From: a virus
Taxonomy: Duplodnaviria; Caudoviricetes
Strand: one strand, 5' to 3'
IMG/VR virus record: IMGVR_UViG_3300037511_000266
Coordinates: 1-52,557 of that record
Length of the DNA stretch: 52,557 bases
Shown: one piece after another, positions 44,839 to 52,557 of the stretch
How the letters are laid out: every line of letters begins with the position of its first letter
How positions within the stretch are numbered: the first letter of the stretch is position 1
Notes under the pieces: model-generated
The model's input: only the letters and a program-made list of their open reading frames with translations
Databases searched by the model: none
What the model was told of the DNA's origin: nothing
Position numbers and translations under genes: made by a program

Positions 44839-45573
44839 TTAGACCGTGAATGCGTGAGTAGGACCGTTCGAGTTGAGGTACTGGCCTCCGATAAATACAA
44901 ACAAGACGCTGTACTCGACCCATGCGCCTGTCAGTGTCGGAACCGCACGGATGTACCGCTTGATATTCTCGGTCGTGAACCGCAGCACGCCAGTCCGAAT
45001 ACGATGCTGGTCATCTGCGCCGTCACTGACCGGGAACGCGGCTCCATCGAGATCCTCCCAAGTGGTCCCATCTGCACTATGCTGAATCTTGCAATCGAGC
45101 GTTGTCGAAGTATCGTCATACGCACCCAGTGACAACACGACGAGCCCTTCACTGTAGCCGGCATGATCGACGGTGTAGCCGTTAAAATCCTGCGCAAGCG
45201 GTGTGGAGGGAATCGTGGTACTTGATACGTTGCTCGCTCCTGTGCTCGTGCTGGGCAATGACGCCACAGCGACAGCCGAGAAGCCTGCATCGTTGTTTAG
45301 TGCGGTAACGAGAGCCGCTGCCGTAATTGGCACGTACACGCCGCTCGACACTTCCAAGTCAAGCTGAATCGCGTGACTCGTGACAGTGATGGCTAGAGCA
45401 TGCGTGAGTGTTCGCAGAGCGGGTTGGGCAAACGTCGCATCAGTGATCGAGTCATCTTTGGCTGTGATCGTAAATGCGGCATTCCCCGTTCCAAAGGTAT
45501 GGGTGCCGAGAATTCCGCGAGAACCCACGGCACCGAGAACTGAGACTACCTTATATGCGAGATCGTCCTTCAT
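44839..45573 (-). CDS. capsid decoration/cement-like protein with inserted domain (paralog 2)
   Basis: C-part VDHAGYSE..KIQHSADG..GAAF..KRYIR matches paralog 1. Confidence 0.7.
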   Translation of the reverse strand: MKDDLAYKVVSVLGAVGSRGILGTHTFGTGNAAFTITAKDDSITDATFAQPALRTLTHALAITVTSHAIQLDLEVSSGVYVPITAAALVTALNNDAGFSAVAVASLPSTSTGASNVSSTTIPSTPLAQDFNGYTVDHAGYSEGLVVLSLGAYDDTSTTLDCKIQHSADGTTWEDLDGAAFPVSDGADDQHRIRTGVLRFTTENIKRYIRAVPTLTGAWVEYSVLFVFIGGQYLNSNGPTHAFTV

Positions 45574-45583
45574 CGGACTTCCC

Positions 45584-45997
45584 TTACTTAACGAACGTGG
45601 CGGTCTTCACCGTCTGCGGGTTATACTGTCCCCCGTACAACATGACCGTGCAGCCGAACGGCGCTCTAGCCACTCCGACCACAGCGACAATCTTGATGTA
45701 CCGCTTGACGTTGTTCCCATCGAGCTTCAACCGACCAATCTGAACGGAGCCGTCCGTAGTATCGGTCAAGGATGTGAACGCGGCTCCAGTCACGTCGGCG
45801 TAAGCATCAAGGGCTCCGTCGTCGTCTGAATGCTGCACCTTGACTGCAAGAGTGCCCGTGGACGTGAACTGTCCAGCCGCCAAGGTCACTAACGCTTCAC
45901 GGTAGCCAGCGGTATCGATAGCCGCACCAGTGATGGTACCGACTTCGCACCCACCCGCTCCGAGGACTGCGACTACATTTTCTTCCAACTGAATCAT
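45584..45997 (-). CDS. capsid decoration/cement-like protein (paralog 1)
   Basis: Directly after MCP; IDTAGYRE..KVQHSDD..GAAF..KRYIK; GGGAGG RBS. Confidence 0.75.
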   Translation of the reverse strand: MIQLEENVVAVLGAGGCEVGTITGAAIDTAGYREALVTLAAGQFTSTGTLAVKVQHSDDDGALDAYADVTGAAFTSLTDTTDGSVQIGRLKLDGNNVKRYIKIVAVVGVARAPFGCTVMLYGGQYNPQTVKTATFVK

Positions 45998-46029
45998 TGT
46001 GAGATCCTCCCTTATTGCTGATTCGAGAA

Positions 46030-46055
46030 TAGTGGGAGTGTTGCCACTCCCACTA
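46030..46055 (-). terminator. stable GCAA-tetraloop hairpin after MCP
   Basis: TAGTGGGAGTG-GCAA-CACTCCCACTA; no clear U-tract. Confidence 0.55.
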
Positions 46056-46067
46056 CTTCATTTTCGA

Positions 46068-47309
46068 TTAGGAACTCAGGTTCGTGGGCAGCCCAGTTCC
46101 GATGCAGAAGCTCTCTTTGTGCCGAACCATCACGTCCACTTCCTGAACAAACCGAATCCAGGTCTGGTTCGTGGTGAAGGCAGTCGAAGCTTCCTGCGAG
46201 GCCATGATCGTCAGACCTTCCCAAACACCAACAATCAACTCGGCCCAGTTACCGAAGTAGACCTTCGTTGCATTGCTGACGGTGGGGATGTTGGTCGTCG
46301 ACACCCAGGGATAGCCGATGTACGACGCCAATTGGTTCTGAGTGATCGGATCCGCCACAAACTCACCAGCGCCGTCTTCCGAACCGGCACCTTGACGAGC
46401 TTGCTGCATCTGCTTACGAACGCGGGGATTGAACGCGAAGCCTAAACGACCCTTGAGGGCGTTGTTGTCCGCGAGCTTCTCTTCCAGTTCGTACAGCGCA
46501 CTCCAAATCTTCACTTTCTTATCGATCGTGGACATATCGTAGGACAGGACGCCCGTGATGTTGTCCAGACCAAGGGGCTGAGCCGCAGAGCCGGTCCCGC
46601 TCAAGCACGCAGTATCGATTGCAGACGCCATCGCGTAGGCAACGTCATTGCGGACGAGAGTCTCGATGGACGGGTTGCTCATGCGAAGCAAGCGGTTGCT
46701 CAGCTTCACAATCGCGCCGGCCATGTGCGGGAACATCTGATTCTGTCGGAGTGACAGATCAGTCTGGGCCAAACCAGAAGTATTATCTTCGCCCAACCAA
46801 GCCACCGTCGCACCCCCAGCCTGTCCGGGGACTTCAACCGGTGAACCGGTCAACCCTTCGATGTACGTGACACCGAGGGTCTTCACAATCAAGTTAGCGC
46901 GGAGCAACTCGATGAAATCACCGAGCACCTGCACCGGCACCACATAACCACCCGCGCTGTCGACTTCCGTCGAGAGCGTGTTGGTCTTGGCGATACCATC
47001 CCGAGTGCGAGCAGTGTTTTGGAACACTTCGCGCTCGAAACCAGCACCGTTCCAGTTCTTCGTCGCAATCGCGTTGATGGCGCGAATGAGCGAGAACTTG
47101 TTCTTATCGGCTTCCAGACCAGGAAGGGACGTGATTTTGCTGGAGACGGACTTCTTGACTTCCTCCATACCAGCTTTCACCGCAGTCAACTCCTCCTGCA
47201 TCTTCTTCAACTCAGCAGAAAGGCCTGCCACGGCTTCGCTGTTATCAGCGAGAATTGCCTTGTCAAGCTTCCCTTGCAACTCTTCCAGTTTCTTCACCAG
47301 TTCTTCCAT
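46068..47309 (-). CDS. major capsid protein, HK97 family
   Basis: N-terminal coiled-coil delta domain; AGGYVVP, WLGE, LSGTG..QPLG, YFGNW. Confidence 0.95.
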   Translation of the reverse strand: MEELVKKLEELQGKLDKAILADNSEAVAGLSAELKKMQEELTAVKAGMEEVKKSVSSKITSLPGLEADKNKFSLIRAINAIATKNWNGAGFEREVFQNTARTRDGIAKTNTLSTEVDSAGGYVVPVQVLGDFIELLRANLIVKTLGVTYIEGLTGSPVEVPGQAGGATVAWLGEDNTSGLAQTDLSLRQNQMFPHMAGAIVKLSNRLLRMSNPSIETLVRNDVAYAMASAIDTACLSGTGSAAQPLGLDNITGVLSYDMSTIDKKVKIWSALYELEEKLADNNALKGRLGFAFNPRVRKQMQQARQGAGSEDGAGEFVADPITQNQLASYIGYPWVSTTNIPTVSNATKVYFGNWAELIVGVWEGLTIMASQEASTAFTTNQTWIRFVQEVDVMVRHKESFCIGTGLPTNLSS

Positions 47310-47391
47310 CGTCGCTTCCTCCCTTAAAACCGGCGAGATGTTCGCCGGTAGAATTTACTAACGAAAACTACGTAGACCTTGAGCAAAAATT

Positions 47392-48327
47392 TTATCGAGC
47401 CACTTTCTTCGTCATGGTCTCGAGCATCTCAAGAGCTTTCTTCGCAATCTCACCGGCAGAACCGGGTGCGTTCTTCAGCGCGGCAGTCGCGGCAGCGGGA
47501 TCATTTTTCGTGATCGCGGATTGCACGGCCTGCAGCATTGACGTCATGCTCTCAAGCGTCTTGCTCGCAGATTCACCAGTCGTGGCTTGAGCCTTGAGTA
47601 ACGTCTCAAGTGCTTCGAGTCTCTTCTCTAGTGCCGCGAGTTGTTCTTTCATCTCAGGGTCTTCCTCGTCGTTCGCAAGAGTTTTAGTGGCAACGCCACC
47701 ATCAGTGTTTATACTTACAGTATTTTCTGTAGGCAAATCAAGTGGTACGTCCAAACTTTTTGCGAGGACTTCCTCAAACTCCAAGTCCGTCATCGATCCA
47801 GACTTCACCGCCGTAATCAGAGCCTTGCTGTCAGCCGGCACCGGAACGATTGATACCTCAAGCAATTCAAGGGCTTTGTACAGCCGACCGATGATTTGAT
47901 TGTCGTCGTTCTTGATCCACTCCGCTTCTTTCACCCGAGCACCGATCGAGACGCCCTTGATGAAGCCCTTCGTGATCAGCTTGTACACGGTGTCGGCAAA
48001 TGCATAAGTTTCCGCATCTGCGAATTCGAACACCATCTCCAATTGATTTTTTCCATTGACGTACATGTCAACGGCTTTGCCAATTGGCAGTGCAAAACTG
48101 TCATGTGCCCAGAGCACGAGCGGATTCTTTTTGTAATTGGAAAGATCGATCCCATCGACTTTCACAATGTCCCCTTGACGATCGCCTTTGCCGCTCGCCG
48201 CGATGACACGAATCTGTCGCTTGTCAGCAAGCGTCTTATCCGCGCTGAGTATGATTTCCGAGTTGAGTAATTTACGAACTTGCTTCTTGTCCATCACATC
48301 CTCCTTAAATCTCAGTGTCGTCTTCAT
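47392..48327 (-). CDS. HK97-family prohead protease
   Basis: DRQGDIV, NPLVLWAHD..PIGK, GVSIG, LLEVSIVPVPA. Confidence 0.93.
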   Translation of the reverse strand: MKTTLRFKEDVMDKKQVRKLLNSEIILSADKTLADKRQIRVIAASGKGDRQGDIVKVDGIDLSNYKKNPLVLWAHDSFALPIGKAVDMYVNGKNQLEMVFEFADAETYAFADTVYKLITKGFIKGVSIGARVKEAEWIKNDDNQIIGRLYKALELLEVSIVPVPADSKALITAVKSGSMTDLEFEEVLAKSLDVPLDLPTENTVSINTDGGVATKTLANDEEDPEMKEQLAALEKRLEALETLLKAQATTGESASKTLESMTSMLQAVQSAITKNDPAAATAALKNAPGSAGEIAKKALEMLETMTKKVAR

Positions 48328-49681
48328 AGCCCTTCGACGCTGGCGCTTTCGGCGCGTTCGAGGGTTTCGGTTTACCTGCGCCTTGCGGCTGACCAGGAGG
48401 AACAGGGGGAGCCGGGAGCGGCAACAATTTTCCGTTGTCGTCGATCGGAAACACGTTGTTGGTCACAAACCGCGCATTGCCGGCATCGGTCTTTGGAATG
48501 TTCAGTTCAAAACGATCGATCATTTCGTTGAGGGACGCGCCCATCTGCCACAGCTTAAAGGCCATGTCGATCTTCTCGTTGACCTCGGCTTGCAGCGCAT
48601 CCACTTTCGAGACGTCAAACTTCAAGTAGATGTTGCCGGTAGAAGTCAGTGAGAAGAGTTGCGCCCACATGATGTGCTCAAGTAAGCGCATCTTCGGCAC
48701 GAGCGTCTTGACCCAGAACTCTCGAGACTGGACTTTCGCGACAGCGAAGTTGACACCTTCCCACACACCCAGTTCGAGCTTCGGCACTTTGTAGCACGCG
48801 AGGATCTCATCGCGGTTCCAGTGCTTCTGCTGCAAGAACTCCATATCTTTCTGCGAGGGCACGAGTTGCTTGTACTTAGCCCCACCTTCCAGAATGGCCA
48901 TCATGTGCGCTTTGTTGACGCCCCCATGATGATCTTGGAACTGCTGCTTCATGCGATTGAACGTTTCGTCAGAGAGTTCTTCGTCGATCTCGATCACACC
49001 ACCAGGGAGCGCCGAGTTCATGAAGAAGGCCTTGTTGTACTGCGAGGCCATGTTGTCTTGATCGATACCCAACTGCGCGGCTTGGATCGGAGACAGACCG
49101 CGAATCGGATCATAGGGGTTGTACATCTTGAAGAAGACCACTTCCCACGTATTAAACGGAATCGTCTTCCCGTCAGAGGTATCGTACTTCCAGCCGACAA
49201 TTTTGCTGGCTGTGTTGATGATCGGTTCAAACATCGGGCCGGCATACGGAATGATGCCTGCGGGAATGGCCGTAGGCTCTTTGCGATCGAGTACCCACAT
49301 GCATTCGCCCCAGAGCAGCAAATGAATCAACGTTGCTTCAATCAACTGCTGCAAGCCCATCTGATCGTTTGGCTTCTGAAAGAGCCGGTCCCACTTGGCG
49401 GAATCTTGGGGACTCGCGACTTGGTCTCGGCTGTTCATCCACATGATCGGCGTGCCCGAGATGTTCATGGCGATCGATTCAATCGCCCCGCGTACCCACG
49501 GATTCGATGCATAGGGATCGGTGACTTTGTTGCCGCCGACAACTTGCAGGAAGGTCTTCGAGCGAGTGGTCCCGAGGAACTGCCACTCTGAGTCAGAGAA
49601 TCGAGGAATTAGCGGAATCGACTTGCGGGTCGTTGGTGCTAAAAGGAAGGCCGCAAGACTTTGCCCAAGACGCTTAAGCAT
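48305..49681 (-). CDS. portal protein, HK97 family
   Basis: PNDQM, LLWGEC, GLSPI, F.NSALPGG, ILEGG, DMEFL, YKVP. Confidence 0.95.
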   Translation of the reverse strand: MLKRLGQSLAAFLLAPTTRKSIPLIPRFSDSEWQFLGTTRSKTFLQVVGGNKVTDPYASNPWVRGAIESIAMNISGTPIMWMNSRDQVASPQDSAKWDRLFQKPNDQMGLQQLIEATLIHLLLWGECMWVLDRKEPTAIPAGIIPYAGPMFEPIINTASKIVGWKYDTSDGKTIPFNTWEVVFFKMYNPYDPIRGLSPIQAAQLGIDQDNMASQYNKAFFMNSALPGGVIEIDEELSDETFNRMKQQFQDHHGGVNKAHMMAILEGGAKYKQLVPSQKDMEFLQQKHWNRDEILACYKVPKLELGVWEGVNFAVAKVQSREFWVKTLVPKMRLLEHIMWAQLFSLTSTGNIYLKFDVSKVDALQAEVNEKIDMAFKLWQMGASLNEMIDRFELNIPKTDAGNARFVTNNVFPIDDNGKLLPLPAPPVPPGQPQGAGKPKPSNAPKAPASKGYEDDTEI

Positions 49682-51077
49682 AAATAAACCTCACCCGAGG
49701 TTGCTTACGTTCAACGATCAGCCAGGTCAGTGCAAACACAAGAGCGTCTACACGGTCAGGAGAGTAGCCCTTCTTCAACGTCTCTTCAGGGTTGAAGGTG
49801 ACCATCTGCTCTTCGAGTTTCTCGAAGTACTGACAGTGTGTGACGCGATGCTGCTCGTACAACGCACCTACCGGCTCAGCACGAAGGCGCTTACCCCGGG
49901 AGGAATGGAGTTGTGTAAACTTGATGGTGTCCCCGCCGCGAGCCTGTCGCAACGTATATTCCACTAGGTCACCACCATTATTGACTTCACCTAATACTCT
50001 ATCCGCTTTCCATTTACGGTACAAGTGAATTACGAGGTCGGCCCACTCGTTGGGCTTGTAGTGGCCGCTGGCGTCTTCGAGGACGTCTGCCTTTTTACCG
50101 TCATCGTACGTGCCAGCAACGACAATACCTGTCTCGTTGGATCCTTCTCCTGCGCTGACTGCAGGATCGACCGCCACAGCAACTCTGTCATAGTCATCAA
50201 TCGCCCTATGCCCTTCTGAGCGATGGAGGATGTCATCCTCTCGGAAAATCGCTCCGTCGATCGAATCGAGGTACATCCCCTCGATTTCTTGTTTACCGAG
50301 GCGCGTGCCTTGGTAGCGTTCGATAATGGCCTTGATGAAGCTCTCAGGCAGGTTCTTGCGGTTGTCCAACATGCTGCCACGAGTAATGCGGCAGTTGGCG
50401 AGCTTCATGATGCGTTTGACGAACGGTGTCGGCTTCGGGGTCGTGGTGATCACAGTTTGTGGGTGCCGGCCAAGCCGCATGCCGAACTGCAGCATGTCCC
50501 ACGTATCTTCCTGCTTCCACGCAGCTAGCTCATCGCACCACGCGATTTCATGCTGAGGTCCACGTAACCGCTCCGCTTCTTCGGCTGAATACATAATGGC
50601 CTGTGCGCCATTAGGCCAGATCAGCCGGCGTTTCGACGGTTCGTACTTCGGCAAGAAATCGTCGGGGCAGATAGAGACCAGTCCCGATTCACCGCACGCC
50701 ATAACGTCTCGCACGTCGGCAGCCGTAGGACCAACGAGGGCGACTCGCTTGACGCCATCGTCTTCGACTTTCCCTCGCACCCACTCGGCTCCTGTTCTGG
50801 TCTTGCCGAACCCTCGTCCTGCCAAGAGCAGCCAGAAGTCCCAGTCATCAGGCCTCGGGGGGAGTTGGTTGTCCCGTGCCCAGAGGAGCCACGTCTTGCG
50901 TGCTTCCTCCCTCTCCTCGTCCGTCAGACAGTCGAGCAGTTCTTTCCGCTGCTGCTCGGTCAATTGCGTCAGCGAGTTTGTCTCGGAAGGTGCGTTTCTC
51001 ACGTTTCTCTTCTTCGTTTGGAGTGTTGTTCTCAGTCTTCTCGGTTTGATCGAGATACTGTTTGCCAAGATGGACAA
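49674..51077 (-). CDS. terL: terminase large subunit (true start probably GTG 51002 or TTG 50963)
   Basis: LAGRGFGKT, LRGPQH..WCDE, TTTP, AVDPA, EVNNGG, SPDRVDA. Confidence 0.95.
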   Translation of the reverse strand: MSILANSISIKPRRLRTTLQTKKRNVRNAPSETNSLTQLTEQQRKELLDCLTDEEREEARKTWLLWARDNQLPPRPDDWDFWLLLAGRGFGKTRTGAEWVRGKVEDDGVKRVALVGPTAADVRDVMACGESGLVSICPDDFLPKYEPSKRRLIWPNGAQAIMYSAEEAERLRGPQHEIAWCDELAAWKQEDTWDMLQFGMRLGRHPQTVITTTPKPTPFVKRIMKLANCRITRGSMLDNRKNLPESFIKAIIERYQGTRLGKQEIEGMYLDSIDGAIFREDDILHRSEGHRAIDDYDRVAVAVDPAVSAGEGSNETGIVVAGTYDDGKKADVLEDASGHYKPNEWADLVIHLYRKWKADRVLGEVNNGGDLVEYTLRQARGGDTIKFTQLHSSRGKRLRAEPVGALYEQHRVTHCQYFEKLEEQMVTFNPEETLKKGYSPDRVDALVFALTWLIVERKQPRVRFIYA

Positions 51078-51465
51078 GCATGCGTTCGCTGCCCATGGCT
51101 GCCGCGTCCCACTGCATCAACCGGAGACGGGCCTTCGCTCGTTGCTGGCCACGCGCCCATGCGCCTTGAATAGCCGTCGAGCCGTTGAAGTGTTCTTTCG
51201 TCAGACCACAGATGGCGATGATTTCTTCGGGAGCGCACATCAAAGAACCCAAACGCTCAATGATCACGAGATCGCGTTCCGAGGGTGCGACCGGATCGTC
51301 CAAGACGGCCACATCCATAGCGTAGACACGCTCCGAGAGGGGTAGCGAAGCCTCCGGTGGTAGGAGGACCGCAATCCGATCAAGCGGCCTCAAGAACGTG
51401 TTGGATCTGCCGCGTCCCTGAGCGCCCGGGCTAGCCGGTTCAACGCTGACTGGTTCGTTAGCCAT
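50848..51465 (-). CDS. terS: terminase small subunit
   Basis: HTH-like EEII.ICG; LRLMQW..A..G..RMLVHLGKQYLDQ; precedes and overlaps TerL. Confidence 0.75.
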   Translation of the reverse strand: MANEPVSVEPASPGAQGRGRSNTFLRPLDRIAVLLPPEASLPLSERVYAMDVAVLDDPVAPSERDLVIIERLGSLMCAPEEIIAICGLTKEHFNGSTAIQGAWARGQQRAKARLRLMQWDAAAMGSERMLVHLGKQYLDQTEKTENNTPNEEEKREKRTFRDKLADAIDRAAAERTARLSDGRGEGGSTQDVAPLGTGQPTPPEA

Positions 51466-52180
51466 TTTCCCGGTTCACGTAGTCAGCGGTTTGAAACAGG
51501 AACTCATCAATCTGCAGGGTGAGGGTCGACGGCGCGCCGGCATCAAAGATGCCCATGTAGAGCCCGGGCACATACATGGCATTCAGGTTGGAAAGCTTGC
51601 CGTGCGTGTGGTAGTTGCCGTTGATGCTGGCGACAACGATGTCGTTGTTGATCGTGATCTCGATCATGTACCACGTACTATCAGCAATGGCGACACCCAT
51701 GTCCGTGTCGTTGTTTTCAATCTGCAGTTGGAAGTTGGTCTTCCCGAAGCCGGCATAGACGTCCGTCTGGACCGTGCCGTTGCCGTCCGCGTACTGGAGG
51801 CCAAACTGGATACCGGTGTTCGTCAGATCGGTCGTAATGTCCGCTGGCGTCTTGAAGGCCAGCGCGACACGTCGCACGTCTTTCGCGGCACAGACCGCCG
51901 CATGGTCAAAACTACTGTCCGAGCCCGGGTACGGATTTAACTGCATCCACGCATCGCCGTAGCCAGCGACTCCATCGAACGAGGCCTTCAGACCGAGCAC
52001 GCCCGGATGCCCCGGCACCGCTGCTTGATACAGCACCAACGGATTGACCGGCGCGTTCCCCGTGGTCGTCACGACGCGAAAGCCGGCAGTGCCGAGCAAT
52101 GCCGTCGTAATCCCACCCGTCATGAAGTCGTCATAGATCGTCGCCATCGGTTTGTTGGGAATGCGCGTCAAATTAAGCAT
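51458..52180 (-). CDS. ConA/lectin-like beta-sandwich protein
   Basis: YDDFM..HPGVL..DSTWY.IEI..LQIDEF; AAGGA RBS at ATG 52180. Confidence 0.65.
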   Translation of the reverse strand: MLNLTRIPNKPMATIYDDFMTGGITTALLGTAGFRVVTTTGNAPVNPLVLYQAAVPGHPGVLGLKASFDGVAGYGDAWMQLNPYPGSDSSFDHAAVCAAKDVRRVALAFKTPADITTDLTNTGIQFGLQYADGNGTVQTDVYAGFGKTNFQLQIENNDTDMGVAIADSTWYMIEITINNDIVVASINGNYHTHGKLSNLNAMYVPGLYMGIFDAGAPSTLTLQIDEFLFQTADYVNRENG

Positions 52181-52304
52181 TGTGTATTTCCTTCTCCATC
52201 CGTTTGAGCCGATCGAGGAGTTTCGGCTTCCACATCGGAGCCCCACCCATCTTGTGTGGCTTGCACATTTTGCAAGATCGGCGTTTGGCTCGGTAGACCT
52301 TCAT
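52173..52304 (-). CDS. 43-aa basic CxxC-KPHK protein (not in ORF track)
   Basis: MKVYRAKRRSCKMCKPHKMGG...; starts 10 nt after -10 box; stop overlaps next start. Confidence 0.6.
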   Translation of the reverse strand: MKVYRAKRRSCKMCKPHKMGGAPMWKPKLLDRLKRMEKEIHNA

Positions 52305-52313
52305 ACGTAGTTC

Positions 52314-52341
52314 ATTCTAAGTAATTCCTGGGGATTGTCAA
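52314..52341 (-). promoter_or_regulatory. sigma70-type promoter heading the structural arm
   Basis: TTGACA-N16-TAGAAT on - strand. Confidence 0.7.
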
Positions 52342-52465
52342 CTCATTCCTCGTGTTTCGTGGTGCGTGGCTCGTTTTGGGGGTCTTTCCCGGCATTTTTC
52401 CTGTGTTTATGTGAGCAGGTGGGCGCTATGGCCGGCCTACCCTCCGAAAAATTTTCCGAGCCGCA

Positions 52466-52482
52466 CGGCATGGTCGTTGCTA
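52466..52482 (+). promoter_or_regulatory. sigma54-type promoter, rightward
   Basis: CGGCATGGTCGTTGCTA: GG(52467-8)-N10-GC(52479-80). Confidence 0.6.
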
Positions 52483-52499
52483 TAGCAAGATCCGTGCCT
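52483..52499 (-). promoter_or_regulatory. sigma54-type promoter, leftward
   Basis: - strand AGGCACGGATCTTGCTA; shares palindrome TTGCTATAGCAA with the rightward site. Confidence 0.65.
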
Positions 52500-52557
52500 C
52501 GTGTCGCGTTCACGATTGTACGAACTGTTCGAGAATGTGCGCGAGTGTTCGGGAATG

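Noticed and set aside
12808-51077. Inteins or introns in PolA, RNR or TerL
   Set aside because: Lengths are normal, motifs are contiguous, and no intein C...HN boundaries or homing endonuclease were seen
47362-52301. Shared GTAGACCTT upstream of MCP and near the late promoter
   Set aside because: Only two 9-nt copies, one inside an ORF; compatible with chance
52521-52531. LexA box CGAAC-N4-GTTCG
   Set aside because: Spacer is 1 nt, not 4
1-52557. CRISPR array, DGR or retron reverse transcriptase, integrase, repressor, transposase
   Set aside because: No repeat-spacer array and no RT, recombinase or transposase motifs seen in the ORF track; the Cas4-like nuclease is stand-alone in a replication context

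Overview
This window is most of a tailed dsDNA phage genome (siphovirus-type: HK97-fold head, long non-contractile tail with tape measure protein, no sheath), arranged as two convergent arms. The left arm (+ strand, 1-23.9 kb) holds early, replication and nucleotide-metabolism genes: DUF932, ThyX, tRNA-Asn, SNF2 helicase, SSB-like protein, AEP primase, UvrD helicase, Cas4/AddB-like nuclease, PolA, a DUF550/MazG-like pyrophosphatase, class II RNR, a VRR-NUC-like nuclease, a GT-A-like glycosyltransferase, dCMP deaminase and an AAA_28 kinase. The right arm (- strand, 23.8-52.3 kb) holds TerS/TerL, portal, prohead protease, MCP, a large head-decoration/fibre module, a lysis cassette (M15A peptidase), neck, tail tube, frameshifted chaperones, TMP and tail tip/fibres. 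I saw no integrase, repressor, CRISPR array or reverse transcriptase. The most unusual signals are: (1) five copies of GGCAY-N5-TTGCTA, matching the sigma54 -24/-12 promoter, two of them face to face in a palindrome at the genome control region, with no recognisable enhancer-binding activator in the window; (2) a ~235-nt highly structured intergenic RNA candidate with tandem pseudoknots; (3) a lectin-head plus ~21-aa repeat-stalk fibre system present at two loci; (4) a Zn-ribbon insertion in the PolA thumb region. All protein calls come from motif recognition by eye; no database searches were run.
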